NCBI GenBank assembly: GCA_965178125.1
Contig: OZ237744.1
Coordinates: 930,001-994,000 of the forward strand
DNA length: 64,000 bases
Origin: Bilabrum cf. latius
Taxonomy: Eukaryota
Direction of reading: 5' to 3'
Made by a program: the position numbers and the translations under genes. Within the stretch, counting starts at the first letter, position 1, and each line of letters opens with the position of its first letter. The notes below the pieces were generated by a model. The model saw only the letters and a list, made by a program, of their open reading frames with translations, ran no database searches and had not been told where the DNA came from. Below are positions 27,093 to 37,349 of the stretch, in pieces.

Positions 27093-28901
27093 TCATCTCC
27101 TTTTGCCCCGGCTACTTCTATCCCTCGGACTATCGCTGCGTCTAGCCCCACCTCTTCCGCCGCCGAACTGCACCCTCGCTCGCTTCTCGCGTGGTGGTCC
27201 GTCCTGCCCCCTGGAGCCCCCACCTCGTCCGCCGCCGCGAGAGTCTCTGCCCCTGCCCCTGCCCCTAGCTGTGCCGTGCTTGCCCCTGCCCCGGCCACCC
27301 CCCTCGCGGCCCTCGTCTTGTTCCCTGCCGCGCTTGCGACCAGCCCCACCGCGTGCCTCGCCCCTATCATCATCTCCGCCACGACCACCGCCACGACCAC
27401 CGCCCCGGCCCCTGCCCCTGCCTCCCCTGTGCCCTCCGCGGCCGCGACCCTCATCACCAGCCCCGGCTCCGCCCTCGCGCCTCGCATCCCTGGCCTTGGC
27501 CCGCGCTTGCCCCTTCTTCGAGAGAACAACGCGACCCTCGTCCACCTTGAGGGCCGCGGGAGCGTCGCGCTGCATGCGAAATGCCACCATGGCAGTAATG
27601 CGACCGCCCTTGGCGGCTGAGAGCACTGCCATCGGCTTCTCCCACACTGCGGCCGGCTCTGAAACTACATCGTCGTCAACCTCCTCGTCCTCATTGTCGC
27701 TGCCTTCATCCTCGCCCTCGCTCTCATTGTCGCTGCCTTTATCCTCGCCCTCGCTCTCATTGTCGCTGCCTTTATCCTCGCCCTCGCCCTCATTCTCGCT
27801 GCCTTCATCCTCGCTACCTGAAGAGGCGCCTTCGCCCTCGCCCCCTGCTGTTGGGCCCAATATGGCAGCCATTACCGTTGGCCCAAGGACAGCAGCAGCA
27901 CTCGTCACACGCACAACGCCCTCCGAGTCAGCGGTTGCAACCACGGCGCCGTCCAGCCCGAGCGGTAGGCCACCAGTGGCCCCAGCCCCAGCCGCAGCGC
28001 CGGCCCCAGAGGAGGGTCCTTCCGATGCATCCGTCTGTGCAGCAGCAGCTGCAGCAGGAACCGCTTGAATGCTTCTGATTCTCTTCTTGTGTCCCAGATC
28101 CACCACTCGCAGCAACCCGCAACCTGCGCCGTCGAACACCCTGACCTTGCCGTCTTCCCCTCCCGTGAGCACGATCAGCGCGCCCCCCTTCGCGTGCGGT
28201 TTCCCGAGAAGCTGTTCCTCGGTGATGACTGCCATGGATCTGCACGCGCTTCCCTGCTCCATCTCACCCGTGGGCTCGCCAGAGCTGCCGTCGAAGCGAG
28301 CCACTCCAGACTCGAAGCACACAAAAAAGGAGGAACCGTCCCGGGGATGCCAGGCAATTGCAATTGGTTCTTCTGGCATTGGAATAGTGGCAGTCGGTCT
28401 AGCACGGGTGAGGTCCCAAAGGCGAAGCTTAGAATCTTGTCCAGCTGACAGAGCGGCCCTGCCCGACGGGTGCACCGCCAACGCCACCACTGCGCCCTTG
28501 TGAGCCGATGCCCGGTGCACGCACTGCCATCGACCAGGTCTCCACAACTGCAACTAGCCGAGTTTATCTCCAGTGAGCAGGCAGCTGCCTCCAGCAAATG
28601 CAGACGCGAATATTTCGTCTGTTTCACCCTCCAGAGCTCCAGATTCTTTCTACTATCTGACATCATATATTGCGACGGTCTCGTCCTAACCACACGAAAC
28701 GACAATTGCATCATCACCTCCAATCGTACCAATAGCAGGCGATCCACCTGAGGACGCCATGCTCCTCACAGCGCCTCTGTGCGAAGTGTATGCGTATACG
28801 AGCTCGAAAGAAGCCATGTCATCCTCGTCTCTCGCAATGGAAGTAGACCACCCGGCAATGTTTCCCTCGTATGTACCAATCGAGACATGCAGATGGGACA
28901 T
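27093..28901 (-). CDS. PAK1IP1: PAK1IP1/MAK11-like WD40 ribosome-biogenesis protein (~602 aa) with acidic tract and RGG-rich tail
   Basis: N-terminal IGTYEG, then AYTSHRGAV, CG(Q)DETVAIYD and AHKGAVVALAVHPSGRAALSAGQDSKLRLWDL. One frame with TAG at 28686, 28653, 28650 and 28554; stop TGA. Confidence 0.85.
27690..27814. repeat. 33-bp coding minisatellite, ~3.8 copies (GEDKGSDNESE)
   Basis: Units ctcattgtcgctgcctt(c/t)atcctcgccctcgct start at 27690, 27723, 27756 and 27789 (partial). Confidence 0.9.
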
Positions 28902-29144
28902 TGTTGGCACAGTAGCAGATAAAATTGCTCGAGTTTCTGTTCGAACCAACAAGCTGTCTAACAGTTCCGGTTATTAGGCATGATGTGATGATTGCCGCGC
29001 GCTCAGCTCGTGGTCGCGCTGGCAGGCGAACGGAACTATCCCCTATCCTCAGCATTGTGGCTTCGACAGGCATTCGGTACTCCTTTTGTCAAGGTTCGAC
29101 CAATCGACGCAACTTGTACACGAATAAAGCAGTAAATTGTGAGT

Positions 29145-30860
29145 ATGGCCGACGCTAACTTGCTGCCGCTGCCTCCTGGATGGGAAGAGGGGCAAGACGA
29201 CGACGGTGACTCTTACTTCGTCTCGCCCGACGGGGAATCGTAGTGGGAGCGGCCAAGACCGCCAATAGAATACGTACAGGTAAGAAATGTCGCCACTATA
29301 ATGTTGTGCTTGTTGTGACCTCCCTCTGAGACTCCAACGGCTGGACTTCACGACGAAGCTTGGCTCGACCAAACGGATGCACCCGCACCGCAGTCGCTTT
29401 TGCCGGGAGGCTGGGAGTGCGGAGAAGACGAAGATGGTGACGTGTACTTCGTATCACCCGAGGGAGAATCCCAGTGGGAACCGCCTGTGGATTTTGCCGG
29501 GTTGGCAGCCGCAGAGGATGTGGAAGAGCCCACCGAGGATGAGGACGGTGCTGCTGCTGCGGAGCCTTCGGAAAGTGCAGATGTCACTAAAGAAACTGAA
29601 GAAGCAGCCGCTCATGCAGCCGATGCCGATCCTGCCGCTGGCGACGAGAAGCCGACAGAGGTAGCTGAAACGAAGAAACCAGCTCGGGCTGCCACTGCCA
29701 AGGTTTCCAGGGGTAAGAAGGCCAAGGCATTCACCAAGGCGGCCGCCGCAGGTGCTGGAAAGAAAGCATCTGTGGACGTTTCTGGCGACCTAAAGAAAAG
29801 GGCTGCGCCCATGAGCAGTATTCGCAGCAAGTTTGAGAAGGGCGGCGGCGGCGGCGGCGGTGGCGGCGGCAAGGCCACTGTCTCGAAAAAGGTCAAGGTG
29901 GTCAAGAAAAAGAAACCGTCATAGAAAGCTCTGGCAGCTAAAGAAAAAATGCTGAAGGAGAAGAAGGAGCGAGCCAAAGAGTTCCAGAAGGCCGTCGGTG
30001 GCGCAGAGGCGCTGCGCATCGACTCTGCAGCCCCAGCTCCGGCGCCAAAGGCGGCAGCCTCGAGCGAGGCACCCGCGGAGAGCGCGGCAGAAGATGCACC
30101 AGAGGCACCGTCTATGTCACCTCCAGTTGCACCACCGGAAGGAGAAGAAGGTGCTGGCGGTGATGGTGACGACGAGGTAGGCGATGAGGCCGGCGTGGAG
30201 GCAGCTGCTGCAAATCCCGATGCAGTCGATGGCGAGGCAGAGAGTCCGGCTGCAGAGGCACCGGTAGAAGGCCCGTCAGATGAGGGCGCTGGCGCATAGG
30301 ATACTGCGAGCAAGCCCGTCAAGAAGCCACTCAAGCCCACGAAGCCCTCGAAGCCAGCCCCAGCCTCAGCCCAGGCAGAGGCAGCTACAGGGGCAGAGAC
30401 TGCTACAGACGCCCCTGCCCCCGAGGCACCCCCGGCAAAGCTCGCCATCACAAGACCATCCCCCATCCGCCTGAGCGGCTGGATCACAAAGGGCAACACC
30501 AAGGGCGTATCGTGGAAGCGACGCTTCTTCGTCCTGGACGTGGAGAAGAAGTCGCTGAACTACTACGCGGACGACATGGGCGGAGTACTCAAGGGAGGCT
30601 GCCCGCTGCAAGGGGCCGTCATCGTGGGGCTCCCGCCCGCCGTTAAAACCCCGACTCCGCATGCCATGGGGTTGCAGCCCGCCAACGAGAACCGCATCTA
30701 CTTCCTGTGCTTCGGGGAAGCAGACCACAAGGCCGCGTGGGAAAGGTACATTCGAACCAACATTTTGGCATTCGCGGACGAATCCAAGCTGAGCATGACC
30801 AACTCGGAGGGCAAGCTGCTGGATCCGTGCTACGCGCCCATCCGCGAGTACGTGCCCTGA
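29145..30860 (+). CDS. Tandem WW-domain plus C-terminal PH-domain protein (~533 aa); exons 29145-29279, 29394-30860
   Basis: LPPGWEE..YF..ES(Q)WERP and LPGGWEC..YF..ESQWEPP; PH signature LSGWITK...WKRRFFVL. Intron GTAAGA...CCGCAG. TAG at 29241, 29922 and 30297; stop TGA. Confidence 0.88.
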
Positions 30861-31052
30861 TGTCGATCAAATTGCTCAATTCAAAGGTCTGTGTGGTCAT
30901 TTACGTGCGTGTAATGAAGCGAAACCGAAAACAGTGATACGTTGCGATGAGTGCTCCACACGCAATCCAATGCAACGCAGCCGCAGGGAGCCCACTCGCT
31001 GCGACTACTACTAGTATCCTTCTTATTGCCTTGGCTGCTGGTGCTCGCGTGC

Positions 31053-32120
31053 TTACTTGCCCCCTTTGCCTCCTGCAGACCCCCTCCGCATGCCGTCCAT
31101 CATGAACACGGCCCCGAGAGCCACCGCTGCGCCCGCCACGAAGAAGTACAGGGCCTCCCTCCCGCTGGGCCACGATCCTCCCGACCCGGATCCGGAGCCA
31201 TAAGTTGCTCCGCTGGCGGCCGCGCCGCCCGCGGCGGCTTCCTTCCCCTCGAACGCCTCCACGGCCTTGGGCGCGGGCATGCCCTCCGTGTCGGCCCTGC
31301 GCACGACCTCCTTGACGAGAGCGAGCATGGGACCCCCGGCCTCCTTGACGGCCGCCACCACGTCCTCGTGCTTGGGGGCAGGGAGCTCGTCGTCGGGTCC
31401 CACGCACACGTTGGTCACCAGCGACAGGCCAAGCACCTGCATGCCGGCATGGGTGGCCACCACGACCTCCGGCACGGTCGACATGCCCACCGTGGAACCC
31501 CTGGCGTTGCGGAGCATCTGCACCTCGTGCCTCGTCTCGTAGGTGGGGCCGCTCACGCAGCAATACGTGCCGGAACGCACACGGTCCTGGATTCCTTGCT
31601 CCTTGGCCACCGTTGACGCAAGGTTCTGCAGGTCTTTGCTGTAGGGCTCGGTCATGGGGGGGAACCTAGGTCCGAACCGCTCATCGTTGGATCCAACCAG
31701 GGCGTGGTTCCCAGCCATCCCCGGAAAGTATATGTGATCAGAGATCACCATGATGTCGCCGATTTTCCAATCGATCTTCAAGCAGCCAGCTGCGTTCGTC
31801 ACGACGAGCATCCTGCAGCCAAGCGCTGCAAACACCTGCACCGCCTCCGAAACTTTCTTTGGGCTGTGGCCCTCATAAAAGTGAAAACGACCGCGCATAG
31901 CTAGAATTGATTTGCCTTCAAGCGTACCATAGACAAGCTCGGACTTGTGGCCCACCACTGTGGGCTGGGGGAAGCCAGGAATAGATGTATACGGGATCTC
32001 GACGGGGTCTTCAATCAACGAAGACAGCTCCGACAGGCCGCTGCCGCAGATGATCGCGACATCCGGGCGCTTACCACCCAACTTTTCTTTCAAGAACTCA
32101 ATAGCACTGATCAAAGACAT
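31053..32120 (-). CDS. PNP: Purine nucleoside phosphorylase (trimeric PNP-I type) with a C-terminal hydrophobic extension
   Basis: IICGSGL, GRFHFYEG, TNAAG, GPTYET, VGMSTVPE, SLVTN. Intact 355-aa ORF with no TAG; stop TAA. Confidence 0.95.
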   Translation of the reverse strand: MSLISAIEFLKEKLGGKRPDVAIICGSGLSELSSLIEDPVEIPYTSIPGFPQPTVVGHKSELVYGTLEGKSILAMRGRFHFYEGHSPKKVSEAVQVFAALGCRMLVVTNAAGCLKIDWKIGDIMVISDHIYFPGMAGNHALVGSNDERFGPRFPPMTEPYSKDLQNLASTVAKEQGIQDRVRSGTYCCVSGPTYETRHEVQMLRNARGSTVGMSTVPEVVVATHAGMQVLGLSLVTNVCVGPDDELPAPKHEDVVAAVKEAGGPMLALVKEVVRRADTEGMPAPKAVEAFEGKEAAAGGAAASGATYGSGSGSGGSWPSGREALYFFVAGAAVALGAVFMMDGMRRGSAGGKGGK

Positions 32121-32268
32121 GGTTAGGAAAAAGAATAGAGGCCTGATTCTGGATCAGCTCTATTCTGCGCGGTTTCCCGGGTTCGCTTATGCCATCAGTG
32201 AACGTTCGTGTAGCCTTGGATTCCAAAATTCACTCCAAAATTCACCGCAAGTGCGAGCATCGCGCGTC

Positions 32269-34422
32269 TCACTGACCCAGTACGCGCACCCCATGCCCAG
32301 GCACCCCAATCCGCTTGGGCTTGCTTCGGCTCTTGCTCTTGCCGATCCGCTTCTTCCAGCCGCCCTCCTCTTCATCGCCCAAAATTTCATCGATCCACGG
32401 CGCATTGTACACTCCTTCCGCAGGGGCATTGGATCCGCCCAGCTCCTTGCTAAAGGCCTTGCCCTTCACCACGGCGTTGCGACCAATTCGTTCCGCACGC
32501 GCCCCTGAAATCTCGACACTGCCCGCACCGCCGCTTGCTGCGCCGCCCGCAGCAGCCCCCGCTGCGGCACCACCGCTCTTCTTGGTCCCGTACATCTCCC
32601 GCAGCACATCCACCAGCACGGACGCGTCCGCCATGCTGTCCTCGTCGTACAGCGTGTAGGCCTGGATCTCCAGGCCGCTCCGCTGCATCGCGTGCTGCAG
32701 GTCGCGCACCCGGGAGAAGATCTTGGGGTCCGCGAAATACTCCGCGAAAACGCGCCCGTGGTGCGTGGGGTTGACCCACCGCTGGAGGTTCTCGACGAGG
32801 TCGAGCAAGATGGACATCGTGGCACGGAACCTTCGCTGGTCCAGGGAACCTTCCTTCAGGAAGTAGGAATAGCTGAACGCCCAGCAGATGGCTCTTCGCG
32901 CCTCCTTGATGTCTGCAAGGCACTCGTTGATGTAGTCCACCTACGCTACCGTCGTCTTCGCCTTGATCGCCTAGGCCATCGTCTCTCTGTCGAGCTTGCT
33001 GGGTGCTTCCTCGAAGACATCCCTGTGCTTCTTGAATCTCTTGTAGTACCAGCCGAACCGGTCCAAGTCCATCATGAGACGCCTGGGATCGTTGATGGCC
33101 TCCCACTTTGGGTCTGGTTTGTTGTCGCAGTGGAACACGTGATGGACTTTGTCCGCCTGCTTGTTGTGCTGCCCGCACTGCCAGCACCAGAAGAAGCCGC
33201 ACGCCGCGCATTGCATGAACATGCACCCAGAGACCTTATTCGTTAGCGCGCGGCACGCCATGTTGGGGCAGCGCTTGTGGTCCTTTGTGCTGTACGAGGG
33301 GCCGAGCCCCTCCGCGCCCTCACCCGGGTGCTCTGCCGACGATGCCACCGCGCTGGACATGTGCCCCGTGCGCGCCATCACCCTGTCTGCAACCTTGACG
33401 CGCTTTCTCCAGGCACTCATGTGATCGCATCCCAGCGGTGCGTGATACACCCTGCCGCAACCAAAGCAATACTCCCTGCCGCAGTCGCAACGCACCCCGA
33501 CGTTCTCGGCGTCCTCGGGCTCCCAGAAGAAGCTGTACAGGTCGCAGCCTTTCTATCGGCACTTTGTAATGCATGGGTTGCCACGTATGAAGGCCCCGCG
33601 AGATATCGTTTTGAAGAGCTCCAGCTTCTCGGGAGGCAGGAACTCGCGGTACTCGGCCTCGGTCAGCATGGCCTCGCAGCCGTGCTGTGGGCACGTTGGC
33701 TTTGTCTTAGAGGTCGCTAGGAGGCCAATCGCCTCCTATACGTGAGCCCCGTAGCAATCTCTGCAGAACCAGTGCCCGCATGCCATGGCATATGCAGCTG
33801 CCTCGGTCTCAAGCATGTTGAAACAGATCTCGCACATGAGCTCGCCCCGGGCAGCCGCATCTGCAGGGAAGACTGAGCCAGGCGGCAAGCTTGGGTGCTT
33901 GAGAGAAGAGCCATCTTCTGCGCTTGCTTCAGCGGGCGCGCCCCCAACAGCAGCAAGCGTGTCTGCGTCCATGGCATCTGCGGCGGGCGCCTCTGCTGAT
34001 GCCTCTCGCTGCAGAGACACCTTAAGAAGGGATTCCAGAGACTCCGACTCATCTGTTGTACTCAAAGTAGTAACGGCATCATCCAGCTGCCAATTGCAGT
34101 ATTGAAGCACGGTATCCGCCGCTACTTTAGAAATGGAGTGAACCGCCCGGACTGACCGCACCAGCTTCGCACGAATCTCGTCCAAATCTTGCTCCGACAC
34201 GCAAACTGGGTCATCACACTTGCCCGAAAAGAGCAGGTCAACCTTTGATTGTGCGTTAGAGGCCGTCCGATCAGTATCGTCGCCGCTTCCAACAGCTACC
34301 GGGTCTTCAAGTGCTGCCAGGCCTGCAGCTTCCATGTCGGCTGCGATATCAATCTCATCTTCGTCCTCAAAGTCCCAGTCCTCGTCCTCTTCGACAAGCG
34401 CATCGCCACCGGCCGCTGCCAT
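32269..34422 (-). CDS. Ariadne-like RBR E3 ubiquitin ligase, paralog 1 (~717 aa)
   Basis: Acidic N-terminus, UBA-like region, RING1 CEIC..CGHWFCRDC..CPQHGC, IBR CDCGREYCFGC..HAPLGC, RING2 CPNMAC..SGCMFMQC..C..CWQC, Ariadne helices. TAG at 33736, 33553, 32971 and 32941; stop TGA. Confidence 0.9.
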
Positions 34423-34735
34423 GGCCTGGAATCACGCTATGTTCTTGTCATCTGCGGTTCTCGCCATGGCAAACCCGGAACTGCCAGTGGGCGAACCCAA
34501 CCCAACCGCACTGCTGGCAGCCACGGCCCTCGCACTGGCAGGCAGCCTGGCGCGGCGGAAAGGACCCCTGGGCATGGACTATGACACCATTTAATGCTAG
34601 CACAATTTGTGGCTTTTGTGTTCCGCGCAGTATGATGGCAGTTCAATCTCTATTTTCATTCGGACCGGCAACCACAAGACGCTCCGGCTCCTCAGGCTAC
34701 CGCCCATCTACCTCGGCCGCCCACGCCAACGGCAC

Positions 34736-37207
34736 TCACCCCGCGGCCCCACCTCCGATGGGAGCATACGCAGCATCGCTGCCTGTCTGCTATGGCTTGG
34801 TCCTCACAAAGTAGAGGGCAAGCGCCGCCAGGCTGGCCCCCCCGACGCACGCGGCAGCCACGACCCCCCCCTTCTCGGCCTTGCTGAGCGCCTCCCACCC
34901 GCTGTGCTTGCCCGGCGGGGGCGCGCCCGACCTGACGATCGTGCCCACCTCGAGCACCTGCCCCGTGCGGCTGTACACCCACTGGTACCGCAGCACGTCG
35001 GGCGAGGGGGCGGTCAGGTGGAGGAAACCGTGCAGGTAGAAGAAGCGCTCGTTGTACTCTGGCCCGCCCTCCGATACCGGCTTGGCGTTGTTCGTGTAGC
35101 CCGCCCCTGCCGTCCCGATGACCATATGCACGGCGTCCTGTGCCCCCAGATACACCCTCTCCTGGAGCACCTCGCCCTTGGCCGCGTCGATCACGTCGTC
35201 GTCGTTGCGGTCCCACCACCCGTTAGCGTCCGACTCGACTCCGTTGGCGCGCAAGCTCTGCTGCTCGGACTGCGACAGGGGCGAGCGGGGGCTTCCATCC
35301 AGCGCGGAATCTAGCCAGTTCAGCTCCGATCGCGTCAGGTCCTCGAGGGCTTTGGAGCGCACGGTGCAGTTGCCGGCGAATGCGGCGCAGTGCCTCTGCA
35401 CCGAGTGGTTGTGACCGTACAGAGCCAGAGAAACGTTCTGCGGGGGAGATTAAGGATGCATGCTAGAGAGAGAGGAAATGCAGTTGAGATTGTGAAGGAA
35501 GCATCGCTCGCATGCTCTGGCCATAAAACGAGCTTGACCTGCGCAGCCGAGGCAGCGAGAGCCGCCCAAGCCGACAAGATGACAGGTGCATCAAAATGAT
35601 CTCACGTACTTGCGGAAGAGAGGCTCGACGAATTCGCGGAGCATCGAAGCCACGCGCTGGTCACCGGACCACTTCGTGTCGCCCGGGTACTCGGAGTTGA
35701 TGTACGCGGGCCTGTGGTTGAGGAACACAATGTGGTGCTTGGGCCCGCGCTTGTCCCGGATGCTCTGCAGGAGATCGTCCAGCTCCTTGAGCTGCTTGCT
35801 GCCGGGCAAGTAGTTGTGCTCGCTCGACATCATCACCACAGAGATGCGGGGGTGCACCTCGGCAGCATACCAGGTCTCGTCCAGGTTCTTCCAAGGCATC
35901 GGCAGGTGGAAGTTGGTGGGCACGCCGCACTCCCCGCCGCTGTCGGTCCAGTTGTAGAGGTAAGGCACCCTGCCCGGGGGCATCCGGTCCTCGGGCACGC
36001 AGTTCTCGTGGTTGCCCAGCCCCACGTAGTTGGGGATCCGAGACGCGTATGGCTCGATCATGCGAAGGTATTCGTTCCACACGGGCTGAAACCCCGTGGC
36101 GTACGACACGTCGCCCACCAGCACCGTCGAGCTCGTGTTCCCTGACTAGGCGTACTTGGCTAGCGTGCGAGCCGTGTACAGGGACGTGTACCCGTACTCG
36201 CTGTATGACTCGGAGCTGTCCACGGCGGGGTCGTTGCCCCTGCCCATGTCGGCGATGAAGATGACGCCCACAGAGTCGGCGTAGGCCCTCTCGTCTTCGG
36301 TCGCGTTCGTCTCACCATCCACGGGCTCCACCATGGGCACCGTGAGCGTGTACTCCTCCGAAGTGACGTTCGCCATCAGAGGGTGCACGGCGGTGGCGGG
36401 GAGTGCCGTGTCGCCCACGCGGTAGTAGACCGTGCTGCCTGGGGTGAGTCCGGGGAGCGAGGCTCGGTTGACCACCAGCGGGTCCTGCCAGCCGAATGTG
36501 GCAGCGGGCGCCCCGCACAGGTCTGCTTTGTTCATACGAGACGGGCTGGCGGACACCGTCCTCGTGTACGGTCCTCCCTGCTTCGTGCCAAACTCGACAA
36601 ACGGGCTGCCGGCTGCGTCGGCGGACCACGCGACGTCCAGAGTCCTCGGGTATGCCTCGCGCTCGCTCGGGGGCAGCACGCGCACACGGAACGGCTTGCC
36701 GAAATCGGAAAAGGTAACGTTGTGGGTTGAGCGTCCCAGTTCCACGCATGTCGGCTGCTGGTCCCTGTACCTTGGCTTGTTGCAGCTGAACACGTGAAAG
36801 CTGTACTCGCTGTGCACGTTGGTCAGCTCAAACTGCAGGACAGCCTTCCCGGTTGACTCAAAACTAGAATCTACATTGCAAGGGGCCAGACGAGCCGGAA
36901 CAAACTGGGACACATCGCTTCCCGCGGGAGCATACGCCCCAATCAGGCAGGAGGAATTACGAGGCACTGCGGGATCGTTGCTGGCATCCATGGTCACAGT
37001 GACAACGCCTCCATCCGTAATAGTGGTGGGAGTGGCTTCAATCGAAGCTTCAGCACCTAACCGCTGCTACATGGGGAGCATGACGTGATTTCGCAAGCGC
37101 GACAAAGGGTTTTCCATGCCCACCTCCAAGGGGTCCTCAAAGACGGTGCCGCATACACCCTTCATGAGGAAAACGGCTGACGCAGCGGCAACTAGCGGAC
37201 CACACAT
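34736..37207 (-). CDS. Purple acid phosphatase/metallophosphoesterase, membrane-anchored (~767 aa); exons 37207-35606, 35437-34736
   Basis: All five PAP motifs (ADMG, GDVSYA, GNHE, NHRP, GHNH), with a signal-peptide-like start and a C-terminal TM helix. Intron GTGAGA...CCGCAG. TAG at 37067, 36146 and 34790; stop TGA. Confidence 0.9.
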
Positions 37208-37349
37208 AGTTGGTAATATGATCGACCCGACTTTGAAGCCCGCGCGTCAAACGTGAGCCGAGATGTCAAAGCTGGAAACCTTGCGAAACCTTGTCAAAAT
37301 CTTCACGCTACAACCAGTAGAATTCTTATTTAAGCAGTTGCGACCAGGC

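Noticed and set aside
26942-27096. ATGA-overlapping start at 27096 suggesting operon-like coupling
   Set aside because: ATG 26941 with intron 26754-26850 gives a better model with a pyrimidine-rich acceptor; the gene structure is eukaryotic.
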